Below are positions 20,785 to 31,666 of a stretch of DNA of 64,000 bases, one piece after another. Below the pieces are notes generated by a model. That model had not been told where the DNA came from. It did no database searches and saw only the letters and a list, made by a program, of their open reading frames with translations. Source of the DNA: Candidatus Eiseniibacteriota bacterium (GTDB taxonomy: Bacteria > Eisenbacteria > RBG-16-71-46 > SZUA-252). The translations under genes were made by a program, and so were the position numbers. Position 1 is the stretch's first letter, and every line of letters begins with the position of its first letter. Where the stretch lies: contig OY969801.1 in the NCBI GenBank assembly GCA_963703225.1, positions 2,944,001 to 3,008,000 on the forward strand. Reading direction: 5' to 3'.

Positions 20785-22185
20785 TCAGGTGTTCATCATC
20801 GCGAGGAACTTCTTGTTCGTCTTGGTCTGGCTCATCTTTCCTATTAGAAACTCCATGGCTTCCATTGGATTCAGCTCGTTTAGGAATTTCCGCAAGATCC
20901 AGACCTTGTTCAGCTCCTCGCCCGTCATGAGCAGCTCTTCCTTGCGCGTGCCCGAGCGGTTGATGTCGATCGCCGGGAAGATGCGCTTGTCCGCGAGCTT
21001 ACGGTCGAGCACCACCTCCATATTACCAGTGCCCTTGAACTCCTCGAAGATCACGTCGTCCATGCGGCTGCCCGTCTCGATCAGGGCCGTCGCGATGATG
21101 GTGAGGCTGCCGCCGTTCTCGATGTTTCGCGCCGCCCCAAAGAAGCGCTTCGGCTTTTGGAGGGCGTTGGCGTCCACGCCGCCCGAGAGGATCTTGCCCG
21201 AGTGGGGAACGACCGTGTTGTGGGCGCGCGCGAGGCGCGTGATCGAGTCGAGCAGGATGACCACGTCTCGGTTGTGCTCCACCAAGCGTTTCGCCTTTTC
21301 GATGACCATATCGGCGACCTGAACGTGCCGCTCGGCGGGCTCGTCGAAGGTGGAGGAGACGACCTCCCCCTTGACCGATCGCTCCATGTCGGTGACTTCC
21401 TCCGGCCGCTCGTCGATCAGGAGGACGATCAGCATGACCTCCGGGTGATTCTCCGTGATCGCGTTCGCGATCTTCTGGAGGAGCACCGTCTTGCCGGCTC
21501 GCGGAGGCGACACGATGAGGCCGCGTTGGCCCTTTCCGATCGGCGTCAGGAGATCCATGATCCGGGTCGGCATGTCGTCGCCGCGGAATTCCAGCCGGAG
21601 CTTCTCTTGCGGATAGAGCGGCGTGAGGTTGTCGAACAGGATCTTGTCCTTGGCAACCTCGGGGCTCTCAAAATTGACCGCCTCGACGCGGAGGAGCGCG
21701 AAGTAGCGCTCGCCGTCTTTGGGCGGGCGGACCTGGCCGGAGACGGTATCCCCGGTTCGCAGGTCGAATCGTTTGATCTGCGAGGGCGAGACATAAATGT
21801 CGTCCGGCCCTGGCAGGTAGTTGTAGTCGGTCGAGCGGAGGAACCCGTAACCCTCCGAGAGGATTTCGAGGACGCCCTCCGCGAAGATCAGCCCGTTCTT
21901 CTCGGTCTGCCCTTCGAGAATCTTGAAAATCAGCTCCTGCTTGCGCAGGCCGCTCGTGCCTTGAATGCCGAGCGAATGGGCCAGCTCCATCAATTCCGCA
22001 ATGGTGCGGCTCTTGAGCTGGATGATGTCGAGACCTTTGGGGGATGCCTGTGGGCCGTTTGTGGCCGGAGGCGGCGGGGCTTCTGTCTGCTGCTGCTCCA
22101 TTTCGTTTCGAGACTCCTCGATGGTGGATGGTGCCGCCGGCGCGTCAGCGCCGTGGCGTCGTACTTGGGTCTGTGGGCGGGACAT
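20785..22185 (-). CDS. rho: Transcription termination factor Rho (start may be 22102)
   Basis: [45 protein letters not shown] and [10 protein letters not shown]. Confidence 0.97.
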   Translation of the reverse strand: MSRPQTQVRRHGADAPAAPSTIEESRNEMEQQQTEAPPPPATNGPQASPKGLDIIQLKSRTIAELMELAHSLGIQGTSGLRKQELIFKILEGQTEKNGLIFAEGVLEILSEGYGFLRSTDYNYLPGPDDIYVSPSQIKRFDLRTGDTVSGQVRPPKDGERYFALLRVEAVNFESPEVAKDKILFDNLTPLYPQEKLRLEFRGDDMPTRIMDLLTPIGKGQRGLIVSPPRAGKTVLLQKIANAITENHPEVMLIVLLIDERPEEVTDMERSVKGEVVSSTFDEPAERHVQVADMVIEKAKRLVEHNRDVVILLDSITRLARAHNTVVPHSGKILSGGVDANALQKPKRFFGAARNIENGGSLTIIATALIETGSRMDDVIFEEFKGTGNMEVVLDRKLADKRIFPAIDINRSGTRKEELLMTGEELNKVWILRKFLNELNPMEAMEFLIGKMSQTKTNKKFLAMMNT

Positions 22186-22358
22186 GGGTTACAGCCGAAT
22201 GGCGGCCCTCAGGATTTGGGGGATTTCCGTGCTAGAGAAGGGTTGAGTTCAGGCGCTGCCTGACTCGGGATCGCCGGTCTCGCGATCCGATACGGGATTG
22301 CTGACGAGGGGCACTACCGAAATCCGCCCTCGAGTTCCCGGGTCGGTGCTCAACCCTG

Positions 22359-22388
22359 AATCTATCGAACCCTGCCGGTACCTGTCAA
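22359..22388 (-). promoter_or_regulatory. Sigma70-type promoter of rho, followed by a ~165-nt leader
   Basis: Minus strand TTGACA-N18-TAGATT. Confidence 0.6.
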
Positions 22389-22431
22389 GGTCAATTCTTT
22401 CCCGAGCACAATCGACGTGTCGGACGACACG

Positions 22432-24072
22432 CTATATCTTGACGGGCGGGAAGGATGCTTGCGAGAAAACCTGTCCATCCAGGAAGGTGATCGACTTCCC
22501 CTTCGTCCAGTAGAACCAGGACTCCAGCACCTTGTCCCCGTCGGAGTAGGTGCGGACTTCCTCGGGGTAGCCATCCGCGGTGACCGTCTTCTTCAGCTGG
22601 TGGCCGGCCCCCAGTCGATTATCGGCCGAGTCGACCCAGGTCTTGAGCTGAGAACCGATGCGCTGCCGGCCGTCGGTAAGCGCCCGGTAGATCGTGTATT
22701 CGGCCACCGACTCGTCTCTCTTGTTCAGCTTGTTGTAGGCGAGGAAGAGGAACTGGTGGGCGGTCGCCTCCTTGGGATCGATCTCGAGGGCCTGACGCAT
22801 CGCCGCGACGGAGCCCTCGTAGTCTTCGACTTGGAACTTGGTCTGCCCGGCGAGGAGGACGATGTCCTTGCTCCGGGGGAACAACTTCATGCCATCGTCC
22901 AGAGTCTTGACCGCTTCCTTGTAGTTCTTCAGATTCCCCTGGATCACCGCCGCGTTGTAGATCGAGGTCTCGCGGACCGACATGCCCAGAGAATCGGTCG
23001 GCGCCTTCGCGACCACCTCCATGTAGGTGGCCGCCGCGCTGTCGAGCATCGCGGTTCTTTGCGGCCCTTCCTTCATGCCCTGAGCCGCGAGCTGGAACGA
23101 CTCCGCGATCCGCGACAGATAGGTGACGGTCCCCGCGCTGTCGTAGGTCATCGCCGCGCGGTAGGCCGGAACCGCCTCCGCGAACTTCTTGCTGTTGAAG
23201 AGGCGGTTTCCGCGGCCGAGCGCCGCCGCCCTGAGATTTCGGGTCAGCTGGTCGTCGCCCGGCTTGATCTTCAGACCCATTTGCGCGGCGTGGATGGCGT
23301 CGTCCGGGCGCCCCAGCACTCCGTAGACGTAGCTCAGGTTCTTGTAGACGTCCGACGCGGTCGGCTCGACCAGCATCGCCAATTCGAATTGGTACGCCGC
23401 CTCGGCCACCGTGGACGCGCCTGCATACGGCGGGAAGATCGTGGTGTCGGTCACCGCCACCTTCGGATCCGCCGGTCCGGTGAACGGCTTGTATGGGAAC
23501 TGAAGCGCTTCGGTCGCCCCCGGTGGGAAGTGAAAGCCAAGGCCCTGGTCGGGGTAGTACCAGAACTCGTGGTTCTTCCCGCCCTCGGTGAACCGGCTGA
23601 AGTCTTTGGGCTCCCCGCGCTCCTTCTCCAGCGCCGCCTGCGGCGTGCCGGCGTCGGTGGTGCGGGTGTCCTCTTCCTCGATCGTCCCCGCGCGGATCAG
23701 CGCCTTGAGTCCTGGGTTGTAGAGCTCCGCCGTCAGCGAGGCGCGGTTTTGGGTCATGTCGTTCAGACGGGTCTTGTCCTTCTTGTCCGCCGCGACCTTG
23801 AGACCGATCTGGAACACCCCTCCGGCCGATGCGAATTCCCGCTGTTGGTATCGCGCGACGGCCAGGAGCGAATAGACCTGTGAGTTCTCCGGCTCCTCTA
23901 GCCGCGCCAGCTCGAGGAAGTGGCATGCCTTGTCGTAGACTTTCTGCTGCATGTAGACCTTGCCGCTGGTGAAGTTAACGCCCGCGTCGGCGGAATGGGC
24001 GGCAAGGAGCGCGACCAGCGCGAAAACCATCGCGCCGAAAGCGATTCGGTGACCTGGAAATTCGATCCTCAT
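22432..24072 (-). CDS. Exported TPR-repeat protein
   Basis: Signal peptide (LVALLAAHSADA), multiple TPRs and two short EFWYY/ESWFY beta modules; GGGAGG before ATG 24072. Confidence 0.8.
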   Translation of the reverse strand: MRIEFPGHRIAFGAMVFALVALLAAHSADAGVNFTSGKVYMQQKVYDKACHFLELARLEEPENSQVYSLLAVARYQQREFASAGGVFQIGLKVAADKKDKTRLNDMTQNRASLTAELYNPGLKALIRAGTIEEEDTRTTDAGTPQAALEKERGEPKDFSRFTEGGKNHEFWYYPDQGLGFHFPPGATEALQFPYKPFTGPADPKVAVTDTTIFPPYAGASTVAEAAYQFELAMLVEPTASDVYKNLSYVYGVLGRPDDAIHAAQMGLKIKPGDDQLTRNLRAAALGRGNRLFNSKKFAEAVPAYRAAMTYDSAGTVTYLSRIAESFQLAAQGMKEGPQRTAMLDSAAATYMEVVAKAPTDSLGMSVRETSIYNAAVIQGNLKNYKEAVKTLDDGMKLFPRSKDIVLLAGQTKFQVEDYEGSVAAMRQALEIDPKEATAHQFLFLAYNKLNKRDESVAEYTIYRALTDGRQRIGSQLKTWVDSADNRLGAGHQLKKTVTADGYPEEVRTYSDGDKVLESWFYWTKGKSITFLDGQVFSQASFPPVKI

Positions 24073-24221
24073 CCATCCCTCCCGATTCCGTTGAACCCGC
24101 CGAGGACGCGGGCCGTTCCACGCGACCGGCCCGATTGAACGGCCGGCGGCGCCACCTGTCAAGCCCCTTGCCCCGGCGCGGGCCGCCCTTTGATTCTCTT
24201 AATCTATTGTAGGTTATTAGC

Positions 24222-26243
24222 TTATAAAAGCTGTCTGGGGTCGACGTCGATCGCCACGTGGATCCCCGAGGGACGCCTTGAGCGGAGCCCCGGAAGCGCT
24301 CGGTCCAGCACCGTGCGGAGCGCCTTTCGGGACGCGGAGCGGAGGAGGAGGTGCCATCGCTCCATATTTTTGATGCGCGAAAGCGCTTTCGGTGCGGGGC
24401 CGAGGATCGAGACCCCGGTCCCGGACGCGAATCGGGTGAGCGCCCGGCGGATCTCGGCGGCGGTCTCCATCACCCGCTCCTTCGCTCGGCCTCGAATCTC
24501 GATCTCGACCAGATGCCCGAATGGAGGATAGGCCAGCTCGCGTCGGTCCGCCGCCTCCAGCGCGAAGAAGGCGCCGTAGTCCTGCGCGGCGGCGCACCGA
24601 AGCGCGGGATGATCGGGGTCGTAGGACTGCATGATCACCTCGCCCGGGCTCTCGCCCCGCCCCGCCCTCCCGGCCACCTGCGTGAGAATCTGGAACGTCC
24701 GCTCCCCCGCCCGGAAATCGGGAAGGTGGAGCTGGAGATCGGCGAGGATGATCCCGACAAGCGTGACGCCCGGAAAGTGGAATCCCTTCGCCACCATCTG
24801 CGTTCCCAGGAGAAAGTCGGTCCGGCCGTCCCGGAACGCACCCAGGATGGACGCGGCGGCGCCGCGCCGGCGCGTCGCGTCCAGATCCAGCCGCGCGAGG
24901 CGCGCCCGAGGATAGATCCGCGCGACCTCGCTCTCGATCTTCTGGATTCCGACTCCGCCGAACCAGAGATCGGTCGCGCCGCAGCCGGGGCAGGCCGGCA
25001 TGAGCTTCCGCTGCGCGCCGCAATAGTGGCAGCGGAGCATCGAGTCCTCCGCGTGGACCGTGAGCGAGACGTCGCACCGCGTGCACTCGGCCACCGCGCC
25101 GCAGCCTTTGCATTGGAGGTAGGTGGAGTGGCCGCGGCGGTTCAGGAACAGAATCCCCTGCTCCTTTCGCTCCAGCGTCCGCGCCATCGCTTCAATCAGG
25201 AGAGGGCTGAGAAACCGCGAGGTCGGCGCCTCTTCAAGGGGCCGCCGGGAGCGGATCCTGAGATCGGCCACCCGCACGGTCGCGAGGGGACGGCCGTCGA
25301 CGCGCCGCGGAAGATGGAGCAGCTGATAGGGGCCCCTCACGGCCCGGGCGTAGGACTCCAAGCTTGGCGTCGCCGAGGAGAGCACCACCGTCGCTCCGAG
25401 CCGCTGGGCGCGGACCAGCGCGACGTCGCGCGCATGGTAGCGCGGCGATTCCTCCTGCTTGTAGGCGCCGTCCTGCTCCTCGTCGACCACCAGGAACTTG
25501 AGGTCGCGGAACGGAAGCAGAACGGCCGATCGCGTCCCCACCACGAGGTCCAGCTCCCCGGCCGCCGCGGCGCGCCAGACTTCGGCCCGCTCCCGGGGGC
25601 GAAGGGTCGAGTGATAGATCGCCACGCGTTGGAGCCCGCTCCGGCGAAACGCGTCGAGCGCTTGAGGGGAGAGCGCGATCTCGGGGACGAGGATGAGCGC
25701 CTGCCCGCCCCCGCGGACCGCCTCCAAGGCGGCGTGGAGGTAGACCGCGGTCTTCCCGCTTCCGGTGACGCCGTAGAGAAGGAACGGGCGAAACGCGCGC
25801 TCGCCGACCGCTTCCTCGAGCGCCTCGAGCGCCACCCTCTGATCGGGATTGAGCGCCTCCCGCGCGGGCGGCTCCGTGGCGTTCCATCCGCCGGTCTCGT
25901 CCGGCTCCGGTTTCATCGCGCGGTGTTTCAGCCCTGTGGGCGAGGGCGCGGCCGCGTGGAGCACCTCGCCCAGCGAGCTGGCGTAGTAGTCGGCCACCCA
26001 GCGGCAGAGCTCAACCAGCTCCGCGGTGAGGACAAGCCTTGGCTCTGGGATTCCCGAGATCCGCCGAATGGGAAAGGCGGGGCGCTTGGGCTCGACGTCG
26101 AGTACCGTTCCCCAGACCCGGCGCGCACCCACCGGCACCAGGACCCTCAAGCCCGCCTGAAATTCCTCGTCCTCGGGCAGCTCGTAGACGAGCGTCTCCC
26201 GATCGGGCAGGGGAATGGGAACGGCGACCTTGACCAGGCTCAT
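24222..26243 (-). CDS. priA: Primosomal protein N' (replication restart helicase)
   Basis: LLYGVTGSGKT, VPEIAL, VVDEEQD, SATPSLES, FLNRRG, four CxxC pairs, GTQMVAKG and QVAGRAGR. Confidence 0.95.
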   Translation of the reverse strand: MSLVKVAVPIPLPDRETLVYELPEDEEFQAGLRVLVPVGARRVWGTVLDVEPKRPAFPIRRISGIPEPRLVLTAELVELCRWVADYYASSLGEVLHAAAPSPTGLKHRAMKPEPDETGGWNATEPPAREALNPDQRVALEALEEAVGERAFRPFLLYGVTGSGKTAVYLHAALEAVRGGGQALILVPEIALSPQALDAFRRSGLQRVAIYHSTLRPRERAEVWRAAAAGELDLVVGTRSAVLLPFRDLKFLVVDEEQDGAYKQEESPRYHARDVALVRAQRLGATVVLSSATPSLESYARAVRGPYQLLHLPRRVDGRPLATVRVADLRIRSRRPLEEAPTSRFLSPLLIEAMARTLERKEQGILFLNRRGHSTYLQCKGCGAVAECTRCDVSLTVHAEDSMLRCHYCGAQRKLMPACPGCGATDLWFGGVGIQKIESEVARIYPRARLARLDLDATRRRGAAASILGAFRDGRTDFLLGTQMVAKGFHFPGVTLVGIILADLQLHLPDFRAGERTFQILTQVAGRAGRGESPGEVIMQSYDPDHPALRCAAAQDYGAFFALEAADRRELAYPPFGHLVEIEIRGRAKERVMETAAEIRRALTRFASGTGVSILGPAPKALSRIKNMERWHLLLRSASRKALRTVLDRALPGLRSRRPSGIHVAIDVDPRQLL

Positions 26244-26277
26244 GAGGGACGGATGGTAGCACTGAAGCCGGCGAGAA

Positions 26278-26679
26278 CTACGTGGAGGAGGCGGGCTTCT
26301 CCGTGACGGCTTGACCGAGGAGCTGATTGATCCGCTCGACCAGCTTCCGCGGGCTGAACGGCTTGGTGATGTAGTCGTCGGCGCCGACGTCAAACCCCAG
26401 CTTCTGGTCGACATTCCGGCCCTTGGCGGAGAGAAGGATGACGGGAATCTGGCGCGTCTCGGGGCTCGACTTGATGGCCTTGCAGACCTCGTATCCGTCC
26501 AGCTTCGGCATCATGATGTCGAGCACGATGAGGTCGGGCTTGTCGCTCTTCATCTTCTCGAGCGCCTGCTCCCCATCGAGCGCCGTGATGACCTCGTAGC
26601 CTTCCATCCCCAGGCTGAAGTCGAGGATGTGGACGATGTAGATCTCATCGTCGACTACGAGAATCTTTCCCTTAGACAT
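26278..26679 (-). CDS. Single-domain response regulator
   Basis: ILVVDDE, LDIMMPKLDG, LSAK and DYITKPF. Confidence 0.92.
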   Translation of the reverse strand: MSKGKILVVDDEIYIVHILDFSLGMEGYEVITALDGEQALEKMKSDKPDLIVLDIMMPKLDGYEVCKAIKSSPETRQIPVILLSAKGRNVDQKLGFDVGADDYITKPFSPRKLVERINQLLGQAVTEKPASST

Positions 26680-26723
26680 TGGACTCCCTCCGAATCGCCC
26701 CTATCAAGTGCTGTATCGGCCCC

Positions 26724-29303
26724 TCACGCGGCTTCTGGAGCCCGAATCATGTCGGCAACCTTTTGCGTGCCAAACAGTTGCGTGAAGGCGTCTACGACCT
26801 TGGGATCGAACTGCGATCCGACGCACCGGCGGAGCTCGCGGACGGCCTCGTCGTGGCTCATCGCCTGGCGGTAGGGCCGCCCCGCCGTCATCGACTCGTA
26901 GGCGTCGACCACCGAGATGATCCGCGCGCCCAGAGGGATCTGATCGCCCTTGAGTCCCCGCGGGTAACCGCGGCCGTCCATCCGCTCGTGGTGCGCCATG
27001 ATGATTTCGGACACCTGCTCCTGGAACTCGATCGGTTTTACGATTTCCACGGTGCGCGCCGGATGCTGCGCCACCTGGGCCCAAGTCTCGGGATCGAGCC
27101 GGCCGGGCTCGTGGAGGACCGAGGGAGCGATGTGGGCCATGCCGACGTCGTGGATGCTGGCGACGTAGGCGAGGACGCTGACCTCCTCTTCGGACACGCC
27201 GAGGCGTCGGGCCACCGCGACCGCGCGGTGCGCCATGCTTCCCGAAGTGAGCTTGAGACGGCTCCGCCGGGCATTGTCGATGATCGCGGAGAGAGCCTGC
27301 GAAGCCTTCTCCACCTTCTCGGCGCTTTCGTCATGATGGGAGGCCTGCTGCCAGGCGCGGGCCACCCGTTCGGCGAGCGAGGTCAGGAGGGCCTGATCGT
27401 CCTCGGTGAACGGGGTGCAGGAGACCTTGTTGTTGATGTTGATGACCCCCACGACGCGCCCGTCGATCTTCACGGGAACCGAGAGGAGCGACTTGGTCTC
27501 GTACTGGTGGCTGTTTCGTCTGCCGAACCGGGGATCCTCCTCGACGTCGGTCACGAGGAGCGGCGTCCCGTGCTTCGCAACCCAACCGGCGATCGAATCC
27601 CCCATCTTGATCCGGGTGCCGCAGACCACCTCTTCCCGAAGCCCGCGCGCGGCCCTGATGTAAAGCTCCTCGTGCTCCTCGTCGACGAGCATGAGGGACG
27701 CGATCCGGGCGTTCATCACCTCGGCCACCATCTCCACGGTGAGCCGCGTCAGGTGATCGGAAACCGAGCGACCCGGGGACCAGGACGCATGGGTGAAGAC
27801 CCCGGCGTCGCCGGGGGTCACCGGGAGCACGACGGTGAACCGGGCCCCGTGGCCCGGCTCGCTCTCCGCTTCGATCTCGCCGCCGTGCCACTCAACGATG
27901 CTCTTGGCCACGGACAGCCCAAGACCCACGCCGGGGTACTCGCGGGAGAGACGGTTGTCGCTCTGGTAGAACTTGTCGAAGATCTTGCTGATCTCCTCCT
28001 TCGCGATGCCGATTCCGGTGTCCTCGACCGTGACGCGGACGGTGCGCCCCTCGCTGGATGCCCGGAACGTGACGCGTCCGCCTTCCGTCGTGAACTTGAT
28101 CGCGTTGTTCCCCAGATTCAGCAGGACCCGGCGCAGGAGACCCCGGTCGGCCTCCACGATCATCTCCCGGACGGCGGGCTCGGCCTGCAAGGTGATCGCC
28201 TTCGTCTGAGCCAGGAGGCCCAGCTGGCCCACGACCTCCTCGATCACCTCCACCAGGTTGAACGGCTCGCGCTGCATCCGAAAGCGGCCCGACTCGAGCT
28301 GGCTCAACTCCAGAATGGAGTCGATGAGCCGCTTCAACTTCAGGCTCTGCTCGTCGATCACCTTGAGGAAATCGCGCTGCATGTCGACGTTGGCGCTTCC
28401 GACGTTGTCGAGGAGCGCCTCCACGTACGCGCGGATCCCGGTCAACGGGGTGCGGAGCTCGTGTGAGACGACCGAGACGAACGACGATTTCAGGTCGCCC
28501 AGCTCCTCCGCCCTGTCGGTCGCCTCCTCGAGCTGACGCATGCTCGCGTTCAGCCGCTCGTAGAGGGAGGCGTTCTGGAGGGCCACCACCGCGTGCGCTG
28601 CCAGGATCTCGATGGTCTCCACCACCTCGCGGGTCGGGATTTTCCGATCGATCGGGTCGTCGACCGAGAGGTAGCCGATGAGGGATCCATCCTTCGTATG
28701 AAGCGGCACGAACAGGACGTCGTCCTGGTGCCACTCGCCGTCCTTCCGCACCCCGAGGTCAGGCGTGTACCCCTCCTCGTCGTCCTCGGGCCAGAAGTTC
28801 ACCTTGTGGCTGATGAAGTAGGAGCGGCTCACCCGGAACTCGTCCCTGAGCCAGCTCTCGAATTCCGCCTTCGGCACGCTGTGGCGCTCGAGCTTTTCGA
28901 TCGCCTCGCGCTCGAGCCCGGCAAACGCCCGCGCCTCGAACGCGCCGCCCCGCTCGTCCAGCACGCGAAGCAGGACGATTCGAAAGCCGACCGCGTCGGA
29001 GACCGCGTTCACGATCTCGTGGAGAACCTTGTCCAGGGTCAGGTCGGAGTTGATCGATGTCGCGATCTCGAGGACCTTTTTCAGGCGCGCCGCCTGCTTG
29101 CGGCTCGTGAGGAGCTGGTTCCGGTAGAGGCGGCCCATTTCGTCGGTCGCCTGGGTGAGCTGCTCGTTTCGCTGCATGACGACGTCGTAGGAACCCTTGA
29201 GCGTCTGCACTTCCTGATTGAGCGTCCGTCGGTGGCGCACCTGCTCCACCAGGAGAAGCGCGGAGGCGGCCAGCGCCCAGGTGAGGTCGATCGACGGCAT
29301 CAT
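26724..29303 (-). CDS. GAF-histidine kinase-GAF-HD-GYP fusion protein (paralog 2)
   Basis: H-box VSHELRTPLT, NNAIKF, EDTGIGI, GVGLGL; GAF (GDSIAGWVA); HDVG..HHERMDGRGYP..VVDAYESM; ATGA overlap at 29300-29303. Confidence 0.85.
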   Translation of the reverse strand: MMPSIDLTWALAASALLLVEQVRHRRTLNQEVQTLKGSYDVVMQRNEQLTQATDEMGRLYRNQLLTSRKQAARLKKVLEIATSINSDLTLDKVLHEIVNAVSDAVGFRIVLLRVLDERGGAFEARAFAGLEREAIEKLERHSVPKAEFESWLRDEFRVSRSYFISHKVNFWPEDDEEGYTPDLGVRKDGEWHQDDVLFVPLHTKDGSLIGYLSVDDPIDRKIPTREVVETIEILAAHAVVALQNASLYERLNASMRQLEEATDRAEELGDLKSSFVSVVSHELRTPLTGIRAYVEALLDNVGSANVDMQRDFLKVIDEQSLKLKRLIDSILELSQLESGRFRMQREPFNLVEVIEEVVGQLGLLAQTKAITLQAEPAVREMIVEADRGLLRRVLLNLGNNAIKFTTEGGRVTFRASSEGRTVRVTVEDTGIGIAKEEISKIFDKFYQSDNRLSREYPGVGLGLSVAKSIVEWHGGEIEAESEPGHGARFTVVLPVTPGDAGVFTHASWSPGRSVSDHLTRLTVEMVAEVMNARIASLMLVDEEHEELYIRAARGLREEVVCGTRIKMGDSIAGWVAKHGTPLLVTDVEEDPRFGRRNSHQYETKSLLSVPVKIDGRVVGVININNKVSCTPFTEDDQALLTSLAERVARAWQQASHHDESAEKVEKASQALSAIIDNARRSRLKLTSGSMAHRAVAVARRLGVSEEEVSVLAYVASIHDVGMAHIAPSVLHEPGRLDPETWAQVAQHPARTVEIVKPIEFQEQVSEIIMAHHERMDGRGYPRGLKGDQIPLGARIISVVDAYESMTAGRPYRQAMSHDEAVRELRRCVGSQFDPKVVDAFTQLFGTQKVADMIRAPEAA

Positions 29304-31666
29304 GGTTCCGCCCCCACGGCGCGCGGGCGCGGCGCCGGTCCGGCGGTGGCGAGCAGAAGGACGAACTCCTCGACCACGCGGGGATCGAACTGGGTCCCGG
29401 CGCAGCGGCGAAGCTCGGCGATGGCTTCTTCCTCGGAGAAGGGCTCGCGGTAGGGCCGCCCGCCTGTCATCGACTCGTAGGCGTCCAGAATCGCCAGGAT
29501 TCTCGCCGCGAGCGGGATCTCCTCTCCCTTCAGGCCGCGCGGATAGCCGTGCCCGTCGAAGTGCTCGTGATGGCTCAGGATGATCGCGTTCACCTTGGGG
29601 GCAGCCTCGATCGGCTTGAGGAGCTGGACGCCCGCCTGCGGATGCCCCTCGATCCGGCGATGCTCGCTCTCGGTCCACCGCCGGGAGCTCATGAGGAGGT
29701 CCTCCCCCACCGAGAGCATCCCGATGTCGTGGATCTTGGCGACGTAGCCGAGGACCGCGATCTCTTCCTCCGCCATCCGGAGCCGCCGCCCGAGGTCGGA
29801 GGCGAGCTTGAACGCGCGGCGCGAGTTGGGGAGGAGGTGCGAGCGGCGCGCGCGGACGATGGCGCGCACGGTCGTCAGCATGGCGGTGATATCGCCCGAC
29901 TCGCTGGCGGCGCGGACACGCTCCATGGCCAGGCCGATCCGCCGGGCGATCGCCACGAGAAGGTTGAGATCGTCCTGGTCGAAGGGCACGCCCGTGGACT
30001 TGTTGTTCACGTTCACGACCCCGACCGTCTCTCCGCCGACCTTGAGGGGAACGCAGAGGAGCGACTTGGTCTCGTACTGAGGGTGGTTCATCTTCCGGAA
30101 GCGGCGGTCGTTCTCGATATCGGTGACGCAGAGATTCTCCGAGGTCTGGGCCACCCAGCCCGCGATGGAGTCGCCGATCTTGACGCGAGCTCGGGCCACC
30201 ATGTCCTTGTCCAGCCCGTACGCGGCCTGGATGAGAAGCTCGGCGCCCGATTCGTCGCAGAACATGAGCGAAACGATCCGCGCCTCCATGACCTCGGCCA
30301 CCATCTCGACGCAGCTCTGGAGCAGCGCCTGGAGCTCGGGACGCTCGAAGAAGGGTGAGAGGGATCGCATCAGGTCGCGGAACCCGTGCTGGCGAAGCGG
30401 CAGCTCGATCACGAAGCGGCTGCCCTGGCCCACGACGCTCTCGACGCGGATCGTCCCCCCGTGGAGCTCCACCACGCTCTTCACGATCGCGAGGCCCAAT
30501 CCGGTCCCGGCGACGCGCTCGGCACTGCTTTCCTCGATTCGATAGAAGCGCTCGAACACCCGGGCCAGCTTGTCGGGCGGGATCCCCATCCCTTGGTCCT
30601 CGACCGCGAGGGTCAGCCGCTCCCCGCTCCGGGAGACCCGGACCGTGACGTCGGTCGACGGACGGGAGAACTTGGCGGCGTTGTTGATCAGGTTGACCAG
30701 GACCTGCTTCATGAGGTCGGGATCGGCCTCGATGGGCGGGAGACCCCGCTCGAGGGCCGGGATCAGGTGGAGCCGCTTCTGGGTCAGCTCGGGCGCGACG
30801 GTCGGCGTGATCTCCTCGAGCAGCTTGGCCAACGAGAGCGGCTCCGCCTTGAGCCGGCGGCGGCCCGACTCCATACGGCTCAGGTCGAGAACGTCGTTCA
30901 CGATCCGCGAGAGGCGGTCGCACTCTTCGTTCACGATCCCGAGGAATTTCTCCTGCATGTTGAACTCGGGCGTGTCGAGGTTGTCGAGGAGCGTTTCGGT
31001 GTAGGCCTTGATCGCGGTCAGAGGGGTGCGAAGCTCGTGCGAGACGACCGAGATGAGATCGGACTTGGACTCGTCCATCCGGCGAAGCGCCATACTCGCC
31101 TCATCCAGCCGCCGCCGCTTGTCCTCCAGCTCGGAGTGCGTCCGGATCCGGTCGACCGCCAGCCCGATCTGATCGGCGAGGAAGAGGAGCACCCGCCGGC
31201 GGCGGTCGGTGACCGGGACCTTCCGGCGGTAGCCGATGACCGCCACGCCGAGGAGCGACGTACCGACCACGATCGGGATTCCGATCAGCGTCTCGGGCGG
31301 GCCCCCGCGCCACGTGAGCTCGTCTCCGCTCAGGCGGATCCGATTCGGATCTTCGACGACGAGCGTCTCCCGGCGGAGGATTCGGCCCAGGAAGCTCGTG
31401 GGCTGCGGCGTGACCCGCCCCTGGCCGATGGAGCCGCTGGTTCCCCGCTCGAAGTGGTTTCCGTCCAGCTCGCCCGTCTCGTAGTCGAGGAGAAGGAGCG
31501 AGAAGCGGTCGGCCCGCGCCAGGTCGAGCACGCTCTCGGCGAGGGAGGTGACCAGCCCGTGGGTGTCGAAGGCGGATTGGACGGCGAAGCTCAGACTCCC
31601 GAGACTGGCGATCAGCCTGAGAGGAGTCCTCCCCTCGGGTGCGGATCCCGGCGACGGCGGCGTCAC
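29300..31666 (-). CDS. GAF-histidine kinase-GAF-HD-GYP fusion protein (paralog 1)
   Basis: VSHELRTPLT, NNAAKF, EDQGMGI, GTGLGL; GAF; HDIG..HHEHFDGHGYP..ILDAYESM; GTGA overlap with the upstream gene. Confidence 0.85.
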   Translation of the reverse strand: MTPPSPGSAPEGRTPLRLIASLGSLSFAVQSAFDTHGLVTSLAESVLDLARADRFSLLLLDYETGELDGNHFERGTSGSIGQGRVTPQPTSFLGRILRRETLVVEDPNRIRLSGDELTWRGGPPETLIGIPIVVGTSLLGVAVIGYRRKVPVTDRRRRVLLFLADQIGLAVDRIRTHSELEDKRRRLDEASMALRRMDESKSDLISVVSHELRTPLTAIKAYTETLLDNLDTPEFNMQEKFLGIVNEECDRLSRIVNDVLDLSRMESGRRRLKAEPLSLAKLLEEITPTVAPELTQKRLHLIPALERGLPPIEADPDLMKQVLVNLINNAAKFSRPSTDVTVRVSRSGERLTLAVEDQGMGIPPDKLARVFERFYRIEESSAERVAGTGLGLAIVKSVVELHGGTIRVESVVGQGSRFVIELPLRQHGFRDLMRSLSPFFERPELQALLQSCVEMVAEVMEARIVSLMFCDESGAELLIQAAYGLDKDMVARARVKIGDSIAGWVAQTSENLCVTDIENDRRFRKMNHPQYETKSLLCVPLKVGGETVGVVNVNNKSTGVPFDQDDLNLLVAIARRIGLAMERVRAASESGDITAMLTTVRAIVRARRSHLLPNSRRAFKLASDLGRRLRMAEEEIAVLGYVAKIHDIGMLSVGEDLLMSSRRWTESEHRRIEGHPQAGVQLLKPIEAAPKVNAIILSHHEHFDGHGYPRGLKGEEIPLAARILAILDAYESMTGGRPYREPFSEEEAIAELRRCAGTQFDPRVVEEFVLLLATAGPAPRPRAVGAEP

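Noticed and set aside
26724..30923. 1399-aa ORF
   Set aside because: The first ~540 codons are an Arg/Pro-rich alternative frame of the upstream kinase gene. The real start is the ATGA overlap at 29303.
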